A stretch of DNA of 64,000 bases from Octopus vulgaris (lineage: Eukaryota): the NCBI GenBank assembly GCA_951406725.2, contig OX597831.1:4898001-4962000 (forward strand), written 5' to 3'. The notes beneath the pieces are model-generated. The model worked only from the letters and a program-made list of their open reading frames with translations, was not told where the DNA came from and searched no databases. Every line of letters begins with the position of its first letter. The first letter of the stretch is position 1. Positions 1-14,081 of this stretch are shown one piece after another. The position numbers and the translations under genes are program-made.

Positions 1-179
1 GATAGAATAAATAAAAAAGGAAAAACTCAGGGTGGAATAATTTAAGAGAGGATTATGATTTTTAATAGACAAAATTTAATTGGGTTAAAACAAGAGTTTC
101 TGTACAATATTCTGAGGATATCTATATCGAATATTAATTGATTAAATATCGATAAAAAACAAAGAAAGGATTTATGCAC

Positions 180-520
180 ATGCATGGCGCAATTTTTAGA
201 GCATCGGTATCACAATTATGAGGTAGTGAGTTCAAATCCTGGACCAGGTTGTGTGTTTTCTTCTTGAGCAAGACACTTTATTTCACGTCGCTCCAGTTCA
301 CTCAGCTGTAGAAATGAGTTGCGACGTCGCTGGTGCCAAGCTGTATCGGCCCCTTTGCCTTTCTCTTGGATAACATCAGTGACGTGTAGGGGTAAAGCTG
401 GTATGCATGGACGGCTGCTGGTCTTCTATAAGCAACCTTACTCGGACTTGTGTCTCATAGGAGAACTTTCGAGGTACAAACCCATGGTAATTCATGACCG
501 AAGGGAGTTTTTACCCTTTA
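180..520 (+). mobile_element. tRNA-derived SINE, family C
   Basis: tRNA-like head (gcatggcgcaatttttagagc ... gagttcaaatcc B-box) and a CORE-like segment ttgagcaagacacttta...ccagttcactcagctgtagaaatgag. Its 3' part recurs at about 54605-54726. Confidence 0.7.
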
Positions 521-539
521 TTGTGTTTAGCTATTTAAA

Positions 540-764
540 CGGTTGTTTGGTAATTAATTACTTCCCAACCATATGGTTTCAGGTTCAATCCCATTGTGTG
601 GCACCTTGGACAAGTGTCTTCTGCTATAGTCCCGGGTCGACCAAAGCTTTGTGAGTAGATTTCGTAGACGGAAACTGAAAGAAGCCCGTCATGCATACAT
701 GCATACATACATTCATATATATATATATAGAAGTATGTGTATATATATGTGTGTGTATATATAT

Positions 765-815
<51 letters not shown>

Positions 816-1087
816 CATATATACCTAAGTGTGTGTCTTTGTGTCCGTGTTTGTCCCTCACCACCGTTAGACAACCGCAGTTGTTTGTCCCCATAACTTA
901 GCGGTTTGGCCAAAAGGAAACCGATAGAATAAGTACCAAACTTTACAAAAAGAAAAAAACAAAACCACTACCAGAGATAAGTACCGGAGATCGATTTGTT
1001 TGACTAAACCCCAAACCCTCAATGCGGTGCTGCAGCATGGCCGCAATCCAATGACTGAATCCAGTAAAAAAGTAAAAGATAAAAGAT
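540..1087 (+). mobile_element. SINE family A (tRNA head, internal (TA)/(CA) microsatellite, LINE-like 3' tail)
   Basis: Matches the window consensus ggttc(c/a)g(g)ttcagtccc...ggcaccttgggcaagtgtcttct...gacggaaactgaaagaagcccgtc...[microsatellite]...ggcggtgctccagcatggccgcag...gtaaaagag. Confidence 0.85.
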
Positions 1088-1555
1088 AGAAGATAAATGA
1101 TGGTATTGATTACAGGTAGCTTTTTAGATTTAATTGGTGGATATGTTAAATGTAAAACATCTGTTTATTATATATTATTACATGAAGTACAAGGTTAATA
1201 CACAGACATACACTACACACACACACACTACACACACACACTCACACACACACACACACACACTCACATACACTACACACACACACACACACACACACTA
1301 CACTACACACACACGCACACACATACACACACACACACACACACACAGACTCACGAAGGATATCAAAAATCGAAAGTCTAAGCAAGAATAGGTGAAATGA
1401 TATTAAAATGTAGAATTTATAATTGCGAGTGTTATTAATAAAACTAATGTTGGGGATAGAAACGGAATAAGTAAGTACCACAGACTTTCCCGCCTCTCAA
1501 ACTACACTTCATTGCCAAATACATCTCCAGCGGTTTTGCAGAGTCGTTTCTTTAT

Positions 1556-1930
1556 CCTCCTCCTCCTGTTCCTCCTCCTCCTCCTGTTCCTCCTCCTCCT
1601 GTTCCTCGTCCTCGTCCTCCTCGTCCTCGTCCTCCTCCTCCTCTTTTTTCCTCCTTCTTTTCCTATTCCTACTCCTCCTGTTCCTCCTTCTCCTCTTGTT
1701 CCTTCTCCTCCTCTTGTTCCTCCTCCTCCTCCTGTTCCTCCTCCTCCTGTTCCTCCTCCTCCTGGTCCTCCGCCTCCTGGTCCTCCGCCTCCTGGTCCTC
1801 CGCCTCCTGGTCCTCCGCCTCCTGGTCCTCCGCCTCCTGGTCATCCTCCACTTCCTGATCCTCCTCCTCCTGTCCCCTCTCCTCCTCATGTTCCCCCTCC
1901 TCCTACTGCACTTCCTGTCCCTCATCCTCC
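1556..1930. repeat. (TCC)n-derived low-complexity tract with about 5 copies of a 15-bp unit cctcctggtcctccg
   Basis: Read directly. The 15-mer array lies at about 1758-1842. Confidence 0.85.
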
Positions 1931-2455
1931 TACGAACAACGATAGCTCCGTGAGCGGTACATTCATGGACACCACCCCACGCACACACACACACACGCAC
2001 ATACTCTCCCTCCACAGCACACATTCTTGACCAATTTCCCCCCACTTCGCTTTTCCATTCACATAGTTTCAAGAGTAGAAATATCTCCAACCTCATCAGA
2101 CAATCAAGACCACCAGCCCTGACAATGTCTTCACGTTCCAGTTAAAGAACTAACTTCTATACATACCGAGCTCTTTAATCTGTCACTCGCTACAACATCG
2201 GGTCTCAACAGCAGTTTCCGGGATCGCATGCGACCCTCGACAGTCTTCCCTCGAGAAATAAACGTTTTCTTTGGCTGACGCGTATTTCATTTGTTTCTTC
2301 TTTTTGTGCTCCCACTCCAATTCAGATTTTGGATGTGGCCTGGACATTAAAATAGTCAGGCCCTGTTCTTTGCAAACATGCTGCATGTTCACTGAAAATA
2401 TATGCGTGCCAATATATAGAGGATATTCATAGTGTGCGTATATATGCGCATATAG

Positions 2456-2486
<31 letters not shown>

Positions 2487-3753
2487 CTAATCCACGTAGT
2501 TCAGAGTATGATCTCACAGCGTGACATCTTGTATAAGGATATTTACTATTTACAAAGGAAAATGGTTACAGGGAAACGGTTCAGTCGACCTATCGGATAG
2601 ATTATAAAGTCAAATAGTAAATTCAGCAAACATGTTTCACTGTCATTAAACCTCTTCAGCGGTCCATATTATATTCTCTTACCAAGACCAAGTCTGGTCG
2701 ATGTCTCCATAAATATCTCCGTATATATCCTTTTAGAAACCGCTTACCAAAATGGCTGATTTCACGAGCAACACTTCGTAATTTTTCTTCTTGTTGAAAG
2801 CAATATTTACATTGTTGATGTTGTTGACGTTGATTGCGCTGCTGTTCTTGTCTTTCTGTTTTCTTTCTTTTTTTCTTTTTTCGGTTTTTTTTTGTGCAGC
2901 TGATGTTGCTGTTTTAACTGTTTGTTATTTCTAAATTAATACTCTTTGTTTTCCTTTGTCCAACGCCATTCTTTCTTCTCCCTCCATTCCTTCTTCTTTG
3001 CAAGAAAGAAACACACGCATATACACACACACACACACACACGAGGATTCATCTCTTTCCCTCTCTCTCTCTCTCTCTCTTTCTCTCTCTTCCTTCCTTT
3101 CTTTCACACACACACACACACACCTATAACACTCACACACATACACGCGCGCAACTCATGAGCGCGCACTTACAACGAAGAAACCGAAGACGCAGAGCAA
3201 AAATAGCTTCAACAGCTACCAGTAATAACAACATTGTCAGTAAACAATATAACATCAACTACAACAGCAACAACAACAACACCAACAACAGCAACAGTAA
3301 CAACAACAACAAGGAGAGGACAGGTCAAGTCTCAACAAAGAAATAACAGTTATTAATCTATAATTTAGATACATTTTGGCCGTATATCATGGAGGATGTT
3401 GAGCTGGGTGCAGTTTAGTTTTGGTGTGTTTACACACACACACATACATGCATATACTACGCATGTATATATGTGTGCATATACATAGGTGTATATATGT
3501 ATAGATATATATATATGTGTGTGTGTGACTATCTCTCTGCTTATATGTATATGCTTTTATGTACATATATATATGTGTGTGTGTGTGTGTGTGTATACAT
3601 ATAGGTATGTATATGTATATATATACCTATATATATGTGTGTGTGTGTGTGCGTGTGTGTGTGCGCGTGTGTGTGTGTGGATGTATGTACTGATATATGC
3701 ATGTATCTATATGTGTATTTGTATATGTATGTGCATGTATATACGTCCGTTTA

Positions 3754-3817
<64 letters not shown>

Positions 3818-4164
3818 TATACAATATATATGTTTAGATACACACGTATATAGTATGCGTATATATATGTATATATATTATATCGATGTATGTTTATATA
3901 TGCATATATATATGTATATATAAATGTACAAATATATATACATATATATATATGTATGTACTTATGTATATATGTGTGTATGTATGTATATATGTATATA
4001 TATATATATATATTTAATATATATTATATACATATATATGTGTGTGTCTGTGTGTATGTGTGTGCGTACATGTGTATTTATGGATGCGAGTGTAATGTGT
4101 GAATTGATTCAAAATGATTTGTCAATGTACGAGATACAAACGTCGTGCGCATTTACGTGCTTAC

Positions 4165-4238
<74 letters not shown>

Positions 4239-4468
4239 ATGTATGTGTGTTTGCGTTTATACGTGTGTGTGCGTGTGCGTGCGTGTATGCTTATGTATTG
4301 ACTCAACCGCCAATTGCCATCTATCACATCAGCCGTTTAACAAGAAATATTCCTCTCTTAGTTGTCCTTTGCTTTTGGGTAAATATTTGATATTGCTGCC
4401 TTTTTCTGACTGATTCCTTCCACATCAGTGAGCGTACGTAGCTGGCTGGCTGCTCGTTTGTGTGTGTG

Positions 4469-4522
<54 letters not shown>

Positions 4523-4672
4523 TGTCAGTGTATTTATCTGTATGTGTGTGTCCGTTTGTCTCTTGTATCTTATATTTCTATATCCGTGTATGTTTGTCTA
4601 TGTTGTAAGCTTATCCGCTTCTCTTCATACACACACACACACATACATGCATACATACATACACACATACAT

Positions 4673-4798
<126 letters not shown>

Positions 4799-5315
4799 GT
4801 ATATATATATGTATATATATATATATGTATATATATGTATATATATATGTATATATATATGTATGTATATATATATGTATATGTATATATATGTATGTAT
4901 ATATATGTATATATATGCACACATTCTCACACATATACGCACATATACATGTGTATTAGTAACTTCTGTTGATGTCTCTTTATCTCCCTCCTCCTCCTCC
5001 TCCTCCTCCTCCTCTTCACCACCACTCCGACCTCCCACTGTCCGCCATTTTTGTCACACTTAACCAACACTGCACAATGCATTTAACAAAAGTCCGTCTT
5101 TCTTCCTTCAAGCAAGATCAATCACCAATAAATGCACATGTTTATCAATACACAGTGTCTCTCTCCTTCCTCACCTTCCTCTCCTTCCTCTCCTTCCTTC
5201 TTCTTCCTCCTCCTTCTCTTTCCTTCTTTCATTTTCTGTTTTTTATTTTTTTTCATTAGATTTCTTCGTCTATTATATGCTGCTTTTTTGTTTACACATA
5301 ACTCTCTTTCTCGCT

Positions 5316-5406
<91 letters not shown>

Positions 5407-5564
5407 ACAAATTTCAGATTCAAATTGAACACTATAACTCCACTATAGCTACACCAAAAAATATTATATTTATACCACAGTATATGTTTTGGAATTAACA
5501 GGATTTCTAGATATACTGACATCCATTCTTGAAAAGCACGCACGTGTGTACGTATATATATATA

Positions 5565-5653
<89 letters not shown>

Positions 5654-5714
5654 ATATATATAAATATATGTGTATGTGTGTGTATATATATATATATATA
5701 TATCCGAAATTACT

Positions 5715-5830
5715 AAGATGATCCGGTTCCCGACTGAAGATTAGAGGCTTCGAGTGACCCGTCTGTTTTTTTTGTGTCGTCTCCTTGTGTGTTTTTGCGT
5801 TCTTGTCCCACTTTGTAATTTATATTTTAT
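5715..5830 (+). repeat. Short dispersed repeat, family E (gatccggttc..gactgaagatt.gaggcttcga.tg.cccg...gcgttcttgtccca), possibly a Penelope terminal-repeat fragment
   Basis: The same sequence recurs at about 37750-37848 (+), 43583-43716 (-), 44150-44290 (-) and 49786-49918 (+), always next to simple repeats, mostly (TA)n. The Penelope origin is an inference. Confidence 0.7.
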
Positions 5831-6229
5831 ATTTAATTTCTATACAATACTTACGTGATAAGGGTGCTGTTGATCACCCTTTCCAAATGCTGTCGTCGAT
5901 ATATTTCCAGGTGGCGAAGCAACGCTGCAGGTGTTTTGGAGCTTTCAAAAGCTAAACGGGGCCACTCACTCATGTGACAAAACTCCCATACAACATCACG
6001 AGCTTTGTGGAGTCAGATTTTGCGACACTTGGCCAGATGTTTCTATCTCCACCAATGTTCGATTTTGCTTCTTCATTCGTCCTAACTGTAGATTGTGCAT
6101 TAAAACCAAAAAAGAGAGATTAACTTGGGAACAGTGACGGATATCGTAATGGATAGAAATGCAACATTGAGAAGAATTATAAAACCACTTCGTAAAAGTA
6201 ATCTTGTGCCCGTCTACTTTCAAAAACGG

Positions 6230-6448
6230 TTAACCTTATAACATTTAAACTGGTTGTGTCAGACCTAAAATATTCAACCTGTTTTATGTTCAGACTGGCC
6301 AGATCCAACCCCTCACACGTAACTTACAATGCCATTCAAACACAAACAATCACATCATTAAGCTATAATGATAATGTACGATGCATTAAAACAATGGCAA
6401 TAAATAAAGATTACATTTGACAAAATACCCTGAATTCTGGAGGGTTCA
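6230..6448. mobile_element. Degenerate piggyBac-like MITE
   Basis: Begins TTAA-CCTT and ends AGGG-TTCA, resembling TTAA-CCCT...AGGG-TTAA termini. Confidence 0.4.
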
Positions 6449-6532
6449 ATGGCGCAGTTAATGTTACATGTTTAAAAAACATTAGAGCAGTCAATCTTAC
6501 AAAGCTATTGCAGAGCGTCGGCTCAAGCTATT

Positions 6533-6806
6533 ACAGAGCGTAGGCTGCGGGGTCATTCCGAAAAGCTCAACCTGCGACGATTTCATCTCAATCGAAGGAG
6601 AGGAGCTTTCTCCGTCCGGGTTGCGGATCCGTGGAACAAACTGCCAGACGAGATGGTGAAGATGCCGACGACCGCTTTGTTCAAAGCCTCCCTTGACCTC
6701 AAGTGGCCTGAACTCTTTACATGAACACCACCCTGTACTTAACTCCAGGTCCCCCTACATGGCCTTGCTATTTGCTTTTGAGCCAAATTAACTAACTAAC
6801 TAACTA
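6533..6806 (+). mobile_element. CR1-type LINE 3' fragment (ORF2 C-terminus, 3' UTR, (TAAC)n tail)
   Basis: Translates as ...RLRGHSEKLNLRRFHLNRRRGAFSVRVADPWNKLPDEMVKMPTTALFKASLDLKWPELFT* (stop at 6722-6724). This fits the CR1 RGH..KL / FS.RV...WN.LP / FK..LD C-terminal pattern, and it ends in taactaactaactaactaa. Confidence 0.85.
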
Positions 6807-6882
6807 AATAGCTAATCATTAGTACAGTTATTACAGTACGTTAATAGAGTTATAACTGTTAATTAGTAGAATTATTACTATA

Positions 6883-7047
6883 GGCGCAGGAGTGGCTGTG
6901 TGGTAAGTAGCTTGTTTACCAGCCACATGGTTCCGGGTTCAGTCCCACCACGTGGCACCTTGGGCAAGTGTCTTCTGCTATAGCCCCGAGCCCATCAATG
7001 CCTTTTGAGTGGATTTGTTAGACGGAAACCGAAAGAAGCCCATCGTA

Positions 7048-7126
<79 letters not shown>

Positions 7127-7336
7127 TTGTGTGTCTGTGTTTGTTCCCCTAGCATTGCTTGACAACCGATGCTGGTGTGTTTACGTCCCCGTCACTTAGC
7201 CGTTCGGCAAAAGAGACCGATAGAATAAGTACTGGGCTTACAAAAGAATAAGCCCCGGGGTCGAGTTGCTCGATTAAAGGCGGTGCTCCAGCATGGCCGC
7301 AGTCAAATGACTGAAACAAGTAAAAGAGTAAGAGTA
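6883..7336 (+). mobile_element. SINE family A, full length
   Basis: Complete from ggcgcaggagtggctgtgtggtaag to gactgaaacaagtaaaagagtaagag. Confidence 0.9.
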
Positions 7337-7339
7337 ATG

Positions 7340-7760
7340 TTTTTTTTTCCAATTTAACACAATGTTTTCCCAACTGAATAGAATATTTCCCCAATTTAAG
7401 GCTATGTTTCCCCAATTTAAGAAAATGTTTCCCTTGTTTAACATAATTTTTCCCTAATTCAATATAATATTTTCCAAAAATATGACAATGTTTCCCCAAT
7501 TCAGTATAACGTTTCCCCAATTTAAGACAATTTTTCACCAATTTAATATAATGAATTTCCTATTTAAGATATTACCGTAATTTAATATGATGTTTTCCCA
7601 TTTCGAAATAATGATTTCTTAATTTGATATGTTTCCCCAAATTAATACAATGTTAACCCAATTAAATTAGAATATTTCCCCAATGTAGTATAAGATTTCC
7701 CCGGTTTGAAAAGGATGTTTCCGCCACTTAAAATGATGATTCATCAATTTATTATAAATG
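7340..7760. repeat. Degenerate minisatellite, period about 21 bp (tttccccaatttaagacaatg-like)
   Basis: ttcccc(a)att(t)a recurs about every 21 nt, which explains the 7-aa periodicity of ORF 7149..7541. Confidence 0.75.
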
Positions 7761-8019
7761 TGTTCACAATTTACAAAATCCAGTTAATTAATAATAAACG
7801 AAGAGGGTTAATGGGCTAACGAACAACAACCATAACCATAGCATTGATATAAGCTATAACAAAACATAGTCAAAGACTGCAAAATAAATTCAATTTTGTA
7901 AAAAAAAACTTATAAAATAAAGAAATGGGGGACCACAAAATTCGGTTTTGACCCTTTTATGCCCAGCCTTTCTGGCATTCATACGTCTCTTGTTTTTCAA
8001 TAAAGACAACTGTAATGAC

Positions 8020-8652
8020 TCCACCACCACCACCACCACCACCACAGTCATCATCATCACCCCCCACCGACATCACCACCACCATCGACACCACAACCAC
8101 CATCACCATCATCATCATCATCACCGTCATTATCATCACCACCACCAACGCCACCACCACTGCCATCATCATCGTCACTGTTATCATCATCAACATCATT
8201 ACCGCCACCGCCACCACCACCACCACCACCATCACCACCAACACCACCACCACTACACCCCCACCATCATCATCACTATCATCTTCATCACCGCCACCAC
8301 CAATATCACCACCATCACCATCATCACACCACCATACCATCACCACCACCACCACCACCACCACCGCCATCACCATAACCACCGACATCATCACCACCAC
8401 CGACACCACTACTGACACCACCACCACCACCATCACCACTACCACCACTACCACCGACACGACCACCACCACTATCATCACCACCACATCACCGCTACTA
8501 CTATTATCATTATCATCATCATCAGCAGCAGCAGCAGCAACTGCAGCAGTATTGTTACCATATTCACAATAATCACCATCACCCAACTACCACCACCACC
8601 ACCACCACTACTAGTACTGCTGTTGTTGCTGCTACTACAACTGCTGCTGCTG

Positions 8653-8707
<55 letters not shown>

Positions 8708-8771
8708 CACTACTACTACTACCACCACCACCACCACCACTACTACTACTACTACCACCACCACCACCACC

Positions 8772-8811
<40 letters not shown>

Positions 8812-9460
8812 TAGGAGTGAAATTAACACTCTGTCAGCTGTTTAGGTGTAGCCACGCCTACTTCCCTCCGAACTGAGCACGCCTTGTTCGTTTACTTAAC
8901 ACAAACGGTCTGAAGACACAACAATGTTTACTATGTTTATGGATATTATCGCCTTCACCACCACAACAAACACTACCGCCAACACTACACCAACACGACT
9001 ACAGCCAAAACCATAACCACCACCACTACTATCACTTCTGCTACCACCGCCGACATCATCATCACCACCAACATCAGAGCTATAAGAATCACCACAACAA
9101 CCACCACCATCACAGCCAACAAAAATCACCACCACCACTAATACTATAGCCATCACCATAACTAAACCATACCACTGCCACCACACTTCCACCACTAAAA
9201 CTACAAGCAACACCACCACCACACCATAAGTACACCAATACCACTACTAACACACTTACACCACCACCACCACCACCAAAACTTCAGCCACCACCACCAC
9301 CAATAACAACAACAACAAAACTATAACTACCTCTGCCACCACCAAGACCTCTACCAGTACCAACATCATCACCACCTACATTACTACCGCCACCTCTACC
9401 ACCCACTATTATCATCATCATCATCATCATCATCATATTGGCCACCACTATCATCATTAA
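8020..9460. repeat. Compound trinucleotide low-complexity region (CAC/CAT/CTA/CAG)
   Basis: Read directly. The poly-His, poly-Thr and poly-Val ORFs are its translations. Confidence 0.9.
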
Positions 9461-9641
9461 CCTCATCCAGATCATCTATATAAAACTATCTCCCCACGAA
9501 CACCACAGCCAGCTACTGTGATTATCTATAAGTGTTGACCCCTACCAGGGTACCTCGTGAACCCCGAAATCTGGCAAGTACAAGTGGAGAGAAGACTTCA
9601 CTGACGAGGTCTAGTAAGATAGAAACATGTACAGAAACATA

Positions 9642-10051
9642 GGCGCAGGAGTGGCTGTGTGGTAAGTAGCTTGCTAACCAACCACATGGTTCCGGGTTCA
9701 GTCCCATTGCGTGGCATCTTGGGCAAGTGCCTTCTGCTATAGCCCTGGGCCGACCAATGCTTTGTGAGTGGATTTGGTAGACGGAAACTGAAAGAAGCCT
9801 GTCGTATATATGTATATATATATATATATATACGTATGTGTGTGTGTGTTTGTGTGTCCCCCTAGCATTGCTTGACAACCGATGCTGGTGTGTTTACGTC
9901 CCCGTTATTTAGCGGTTCGGCAAAAGAGTCCGATAGAATAAGTACTGGGCTTACAAAGAATAAGACCCGGGGTCGATTTGCTCGACTAAAGGCGGTGCTC
10001 CAGCATGGCCGCAGTCAAATGACTGAAACAAGTAAAAGAGTAAAGAGTAAA
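9642..10051 (+). mobile_element. SINE family A, full length
   Basis: Close match to the 6883-7336 copy. Confidence 0.9.
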
Positions 10052-10208
10052 GTACATAGTTGTCGCCTATATTTGTCCAAAATGGAATTAATTAATATGG
10101 GACCAATTTCATTTGGTCATTAAAGAGGTTGTCAATGTCGACGAAAGGACTTTGGCCGAAGCTTTTATCTTTCACTTGTTTCAGTCATAGGACGGCGGCC
10201 ATGCTGGG

Positions 10209-10315
<107 letters not shown>

Positions 10316-10331
10316 TATATTTATATATATA

Positions 10332-10703
10332 TTCTTTTCTACTCTAGGCACAAGGCTCGAAATTTTGACCCAGTATGTAACTGGTACTTAATTTATCGAC
10401 CCCGAAGGGATGAAAAGCTAAGTCGACCTCGACGGAATTTGAACTCAGAACATAAAGACAGACGAAATACCTATTTCTTTACAACCCACAAGGGGCTAAA
10501 CACAGAGAGGACAAACAAGGACAGACAATCGGATTAAGTCGATTATATCGACCCTAGTGCGTAACTGGTACTTAATTTATCGACCCCGAAAGGATGAAAG
10601 GTAAAGTCGACCTCCGTGGAATTTGAACTCAGAACGTAACGGCAGACGAAATACGGCTACGCATTTTGCCCGGCGTGCTAACGTTTCTGCCAGCTCGCCG
10701 CCT
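10332..10703 (-). mobile_element. SINE family B, tandem dimer
   Basis: Reverse complement of ggcggcgagctggcagaaacgttagcacgccgggc...ttctgagttcaaattcc..gaggtcgacttt.cctttcatcctttcggggtcgataaattaagtaccag, present as two units. Confidence 0.85.
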
Positions 10704-10759
10704 TCTAAATAATACATTATTGCATAAACATTTCATAATGTTTCTTTCTTTTCTGGAAA

Positions 10760-10831
10760 TTCGCCGCGTACCGGCAGCTGATGGCTCGCGGACTGGCACC
10801 GGTCCGCGGACCACCACTTTGAGAAGCACTG
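10760..10831 (-). mobile_element. hAT/Charlie-like DNA transposon terminal fragment
   Basis: The minus strand begins cagtgcttctcaaagtggtggtccgcggaccgg, resembling hAT-Charlie termini with a subterminal palindrome. Confidence 0.5.
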
Positions 10832-11531
10832 CCCTAGGGTTCATAGGGCCGGTTATCCGGTGACTGTGATCACAACTTTTATGCTGCACGAGAGGCCAGT
10901 ACGTCGTCGGGTCCCTCATTGACAGCTAAGAAGACTAGAGCAATGGAAAATGAAGTGATTTCACAAGGCACTGACTTATCCGGGAAACGAAACCACGATT
11001 TTGTATTCAACGCCTTAAGCGCTAGGCCACGCGCCTAAGCACACGCACAGACACTGCATACAATGCATATAGGTGTGTGTGAGTGCGGGTGAGGGATGGT
11101 TGTCGCCGCCGCAGCCACTGCTTGACAGCCGGTGTTGGTTGGCTTACATCCCGGTAATCTTAGCGTTTCAGCAAAAAGATCGATCGAATACTTAAGTAAG
11201 AAAAAAAGTACTACTCTTGATTTGTTCGTCCAAAAAACATCAATATGGAGCCCCAGCATGGCCGCACAAATAAAAGACAAATGCTGCACGCACACACATA
11301 CACACATATATTTATATATACACTCACATACTTATACACATAAAAAGGCACAGTCGCATCTTTGTGTTAACAAAATGGCTTTCCAGCAACTCAGTTCCGA
11401 GTTCAGTCCCACTGCATGGCACCTTGGGCAAGAGTCTTCTACTATTGTCACGAGCTGACCAAAGCCTTGTGAGTGGATTTGGTAGACTGAAACTGAAACG
11501 AGCCCGTCGTATGTATGTGTATATATATTTA

Positions 11532-11577
<46 letters not shown>

Positions 11578-11624
11578 ACAAAATAATAGATATATAATAA
11601 CAAAATAATAGATAAAACATACGC

Positions 11625-11655
<31 letters not shown>

Positions 11656-12139
11656 GTTTCAGCTCAGGGCTGCAGCCATGCTGATGCACCGCCGTTTTGT
11701 GCTATACTGTTATTACTAATAGCCTCCTCTAATATGTGGCACTTGGTAAAGAATGGAGTTTGATATAGCTACCCTCAGTTGCACCTCTTGCCGTGAGGTA
11801 GGTTCACCTGCGACTCTCGACAGGAAGAGGTCCAGCTTTGATTTAAAAACCGCTACATCTACTTTGTGCAAGTTCCTCAGACTCTTTGGGAGAATATTAA
11901 AAAGCTGTGGGCCCTTGAAACCCAGGCTGTTGCAGAAGCTGGTCCTGAAGCGTGATGGCATTGCTGGGATCTTTGGCACTATGCAGTGTCGTCCCATTCT
12001 AGCATTGGTGTAGCTTACAATGCCAAAATTTGGCGCAATTCCTTCCAGGATCTTTCAGATATATATTACTGCATACCTCTCCCGTCTTCTCTCCAGGGAG
12101 TAGAGTCTTAGCTGTTTCAACCTTTCCCAGTAGCTAAGC

Positions 12140-12141
<2 letters not shown>
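11656..12141 (-). mobile_element. CR1-group LINE (family L) 3' fragment
   Basis: Minus-strand translation SYWERLKQLRLYSLERRRERYAVIYI*KILEGIAPNFGI...GRHCIVPKIP...GPQLFNILPKSLRNLHKVDVAVFKSKLDLFL, followed by the 3' tail ggcggtgcatcagcatggctgcag...ctgaaac. Confidence 0.85.
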
Positions 12142-12187
<46 letters not shown>

Positions 12188-12439
12188 GTATGTATATATT
12201 TGCATGTATATGAGTGTGTGCGTGTGTGTGTAGTTTTCTTCCCCACCGGCGCTAGACAAACCGCTGTTGGTGCATTTACGTCCCCGTAACATAGCGGTTC
12301 GGCAGAAGAGACAGTTAGAATAACTACCCGTCTTAAAATAAAATATACAAATGAATATTAAGATCCATTCATTCGACTACAAATTCTTCACAGTGGTGCT
12401 CCAGCATGGTCACACTTCAATAAAAGAAACAAAGCTCGC

Positions 12440-12592
12440 TTCCCACTCACATGGTTCCGGGTTCAGTCCCACTGCGTGACACCTTCGGCAAGTGTCTTCT
12501 ATTATAGCCTCGTACCAACCAAAGTCTTGTGAGTTGATTTGGTAGACGGAAACTGAAAAAAGCCCGTCGTATATATGTATATGTATGGGTAT

Positions 12593-12660
<68 letters not shown>

Positions 12661-12870
12661 GTCTGTCTGTGTGTCTGTGTTTATCCCCCACCATCGCTTC
12701 ACAAGCGATGCTGGTGTGTTTACATCCCTGTAACCTAGCGGTTCGGCAAAAGAAAACCGATAGAATAAGTACTAGGTTTACAAAGTATAAGTCCTGGGGA
12801 CGATTCGTTCGTTTAAATGCGGTGCTCCAGCATGGCCGCAGTCAAATGACTGAAACAAAATGAAAGAATA
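12440..12870 (+). mobile_element. SINE family A (preceded by a 3'-half copy at about 12220-12410)
   Basis: Matches the family A consensus. Confidence 0.85.
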
Positions 12871-13132
12871 AATGCCAGCTTGCTAAAGTTTGGAAACCGG
12901 ACGGTACAGAATGGTTAGTTCAATGATGCATGAACATGTAGGAATAAATAACCCATAGAGGACTACTGAGATGGTTAATGCATGGAGCCAACATGAAATG
13001 TTAAAGAACTTTATGCATGTTTGTGTCTGTATATTAGTGTATGTTTGTGTGTGTGTTTGAGTGCGTATTTCAGCTTCATAGAGTGTCTGCGTGCGTATTA
13101 TGTGTGTGTATGTATAGGTGTGTATGTATATA

Positions 13133-13553
13133 CTCTTTACTCTTTACTCTTACTCTTTTACTTGTTTCAGTCATTTGACTGCGGCCATGCTGGAGCACCA
13201 CCTTTTAGTCGAGCAAATCGACCCCAAGACTTATTCTTTGTAAGCCCAGTACTTATTCTATCGGTCTCTTTTGCCGAACCGCTAAGTGACGGGGATGTAA
13301 ACACACCAGCATCGGTTGTCAAGCAATGCTAGGGGGACAAACACAGACACACAAACACACACATACATATATATATATATACATATATACGACGGGCTTC
13401 TTTTCAGTTTCCGTCTACCAAATCCACTCACAAGGCATTGGTCGGCCCGGGGCTATAGCAGAAGACACTTGCCCAAGATGCCACGCAGTGGGACTGAACC
13501 CGGAACCATGTGGTTGTTTAGCAAGCTACTTACCACACAGCCACTCCTGCGCC
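13133..13553 (-). mobile_element. SINE family A, full length
   Basis: Reverse-complement match running from ctctttactctttacttgtttcag to cacagccactcctgcgcc. Confidence 0.9.
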
Positions 13554-13578
13554 TATATATATATATATATGAACAATA

Positions 13579-13632
<54 letters not shown>

Positions 13633-13813
13633 TACCATATATGGGTAGAGGACGTCACCGACGGTGCAAATAATATGAAATACGTAAACAAACAAAGGAA
13701 ATGAGTGAAATACGTAAACACGAGAAACAAATGGGGAACAGGACAAGTTCACACAGAGAAAGGACCCTTCATCAGTTGTCGGCTGTCTATCTACTCCGCA
13801 TTTTCGAGTACAA

Positions 13814-13850
<37 letters not shown>

Positions 13851-13934
13851 AGGAGAATTTACAAAAGACGAAGACGGGTGTGTAAACAACAACCAGATAT
13901 ATATATATATAATATAATATGATATGTATATATA

Positions 13935-14050
13935 GGTAAGAAACTTTCCAAACTCATAGTTTTGCGTTCAGTCCCACTGCGTGCCCCCTTGGACAGGTGT
14001 CTTCTGCTATAGCCCCGGGCCGACCAATGCCTCGTGAGTGGATTTGATTG

Positions 14051-14081
<31 letters not shown>

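Noticed and set aside
1509-2096. Formin/extensin-like poly-proline ORF (PPPPG repeats, +) and protamine-like Arg-rich ORF (-)
   Set aside because: Both are translations of a (TCC)n-derived minisatellite that is open in many frames. There is no flanking domain and no convincing splice context.
2625-2665. Hammerhead-like CUGAAGA...GAAACAUGU on the minus strand (similar weak cases at about 13775 and 36530-36580)
   Set aside because: Core words are present but stems I and II do not pair convincingly.
7340-7760. CRISPR-like or coding 7-aa repeat
   Set aside because: Contiguous degenerate units of about 21 bp with no unique spacers, in a eukaryotic context without cas genes.
7948-9475. Poly-His, poly-Thr (mucin-like) and poly-Val ORFs
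   Set aside because: Trinucleotide low-complexity sequence, open on both strands, with no complex coding flank.
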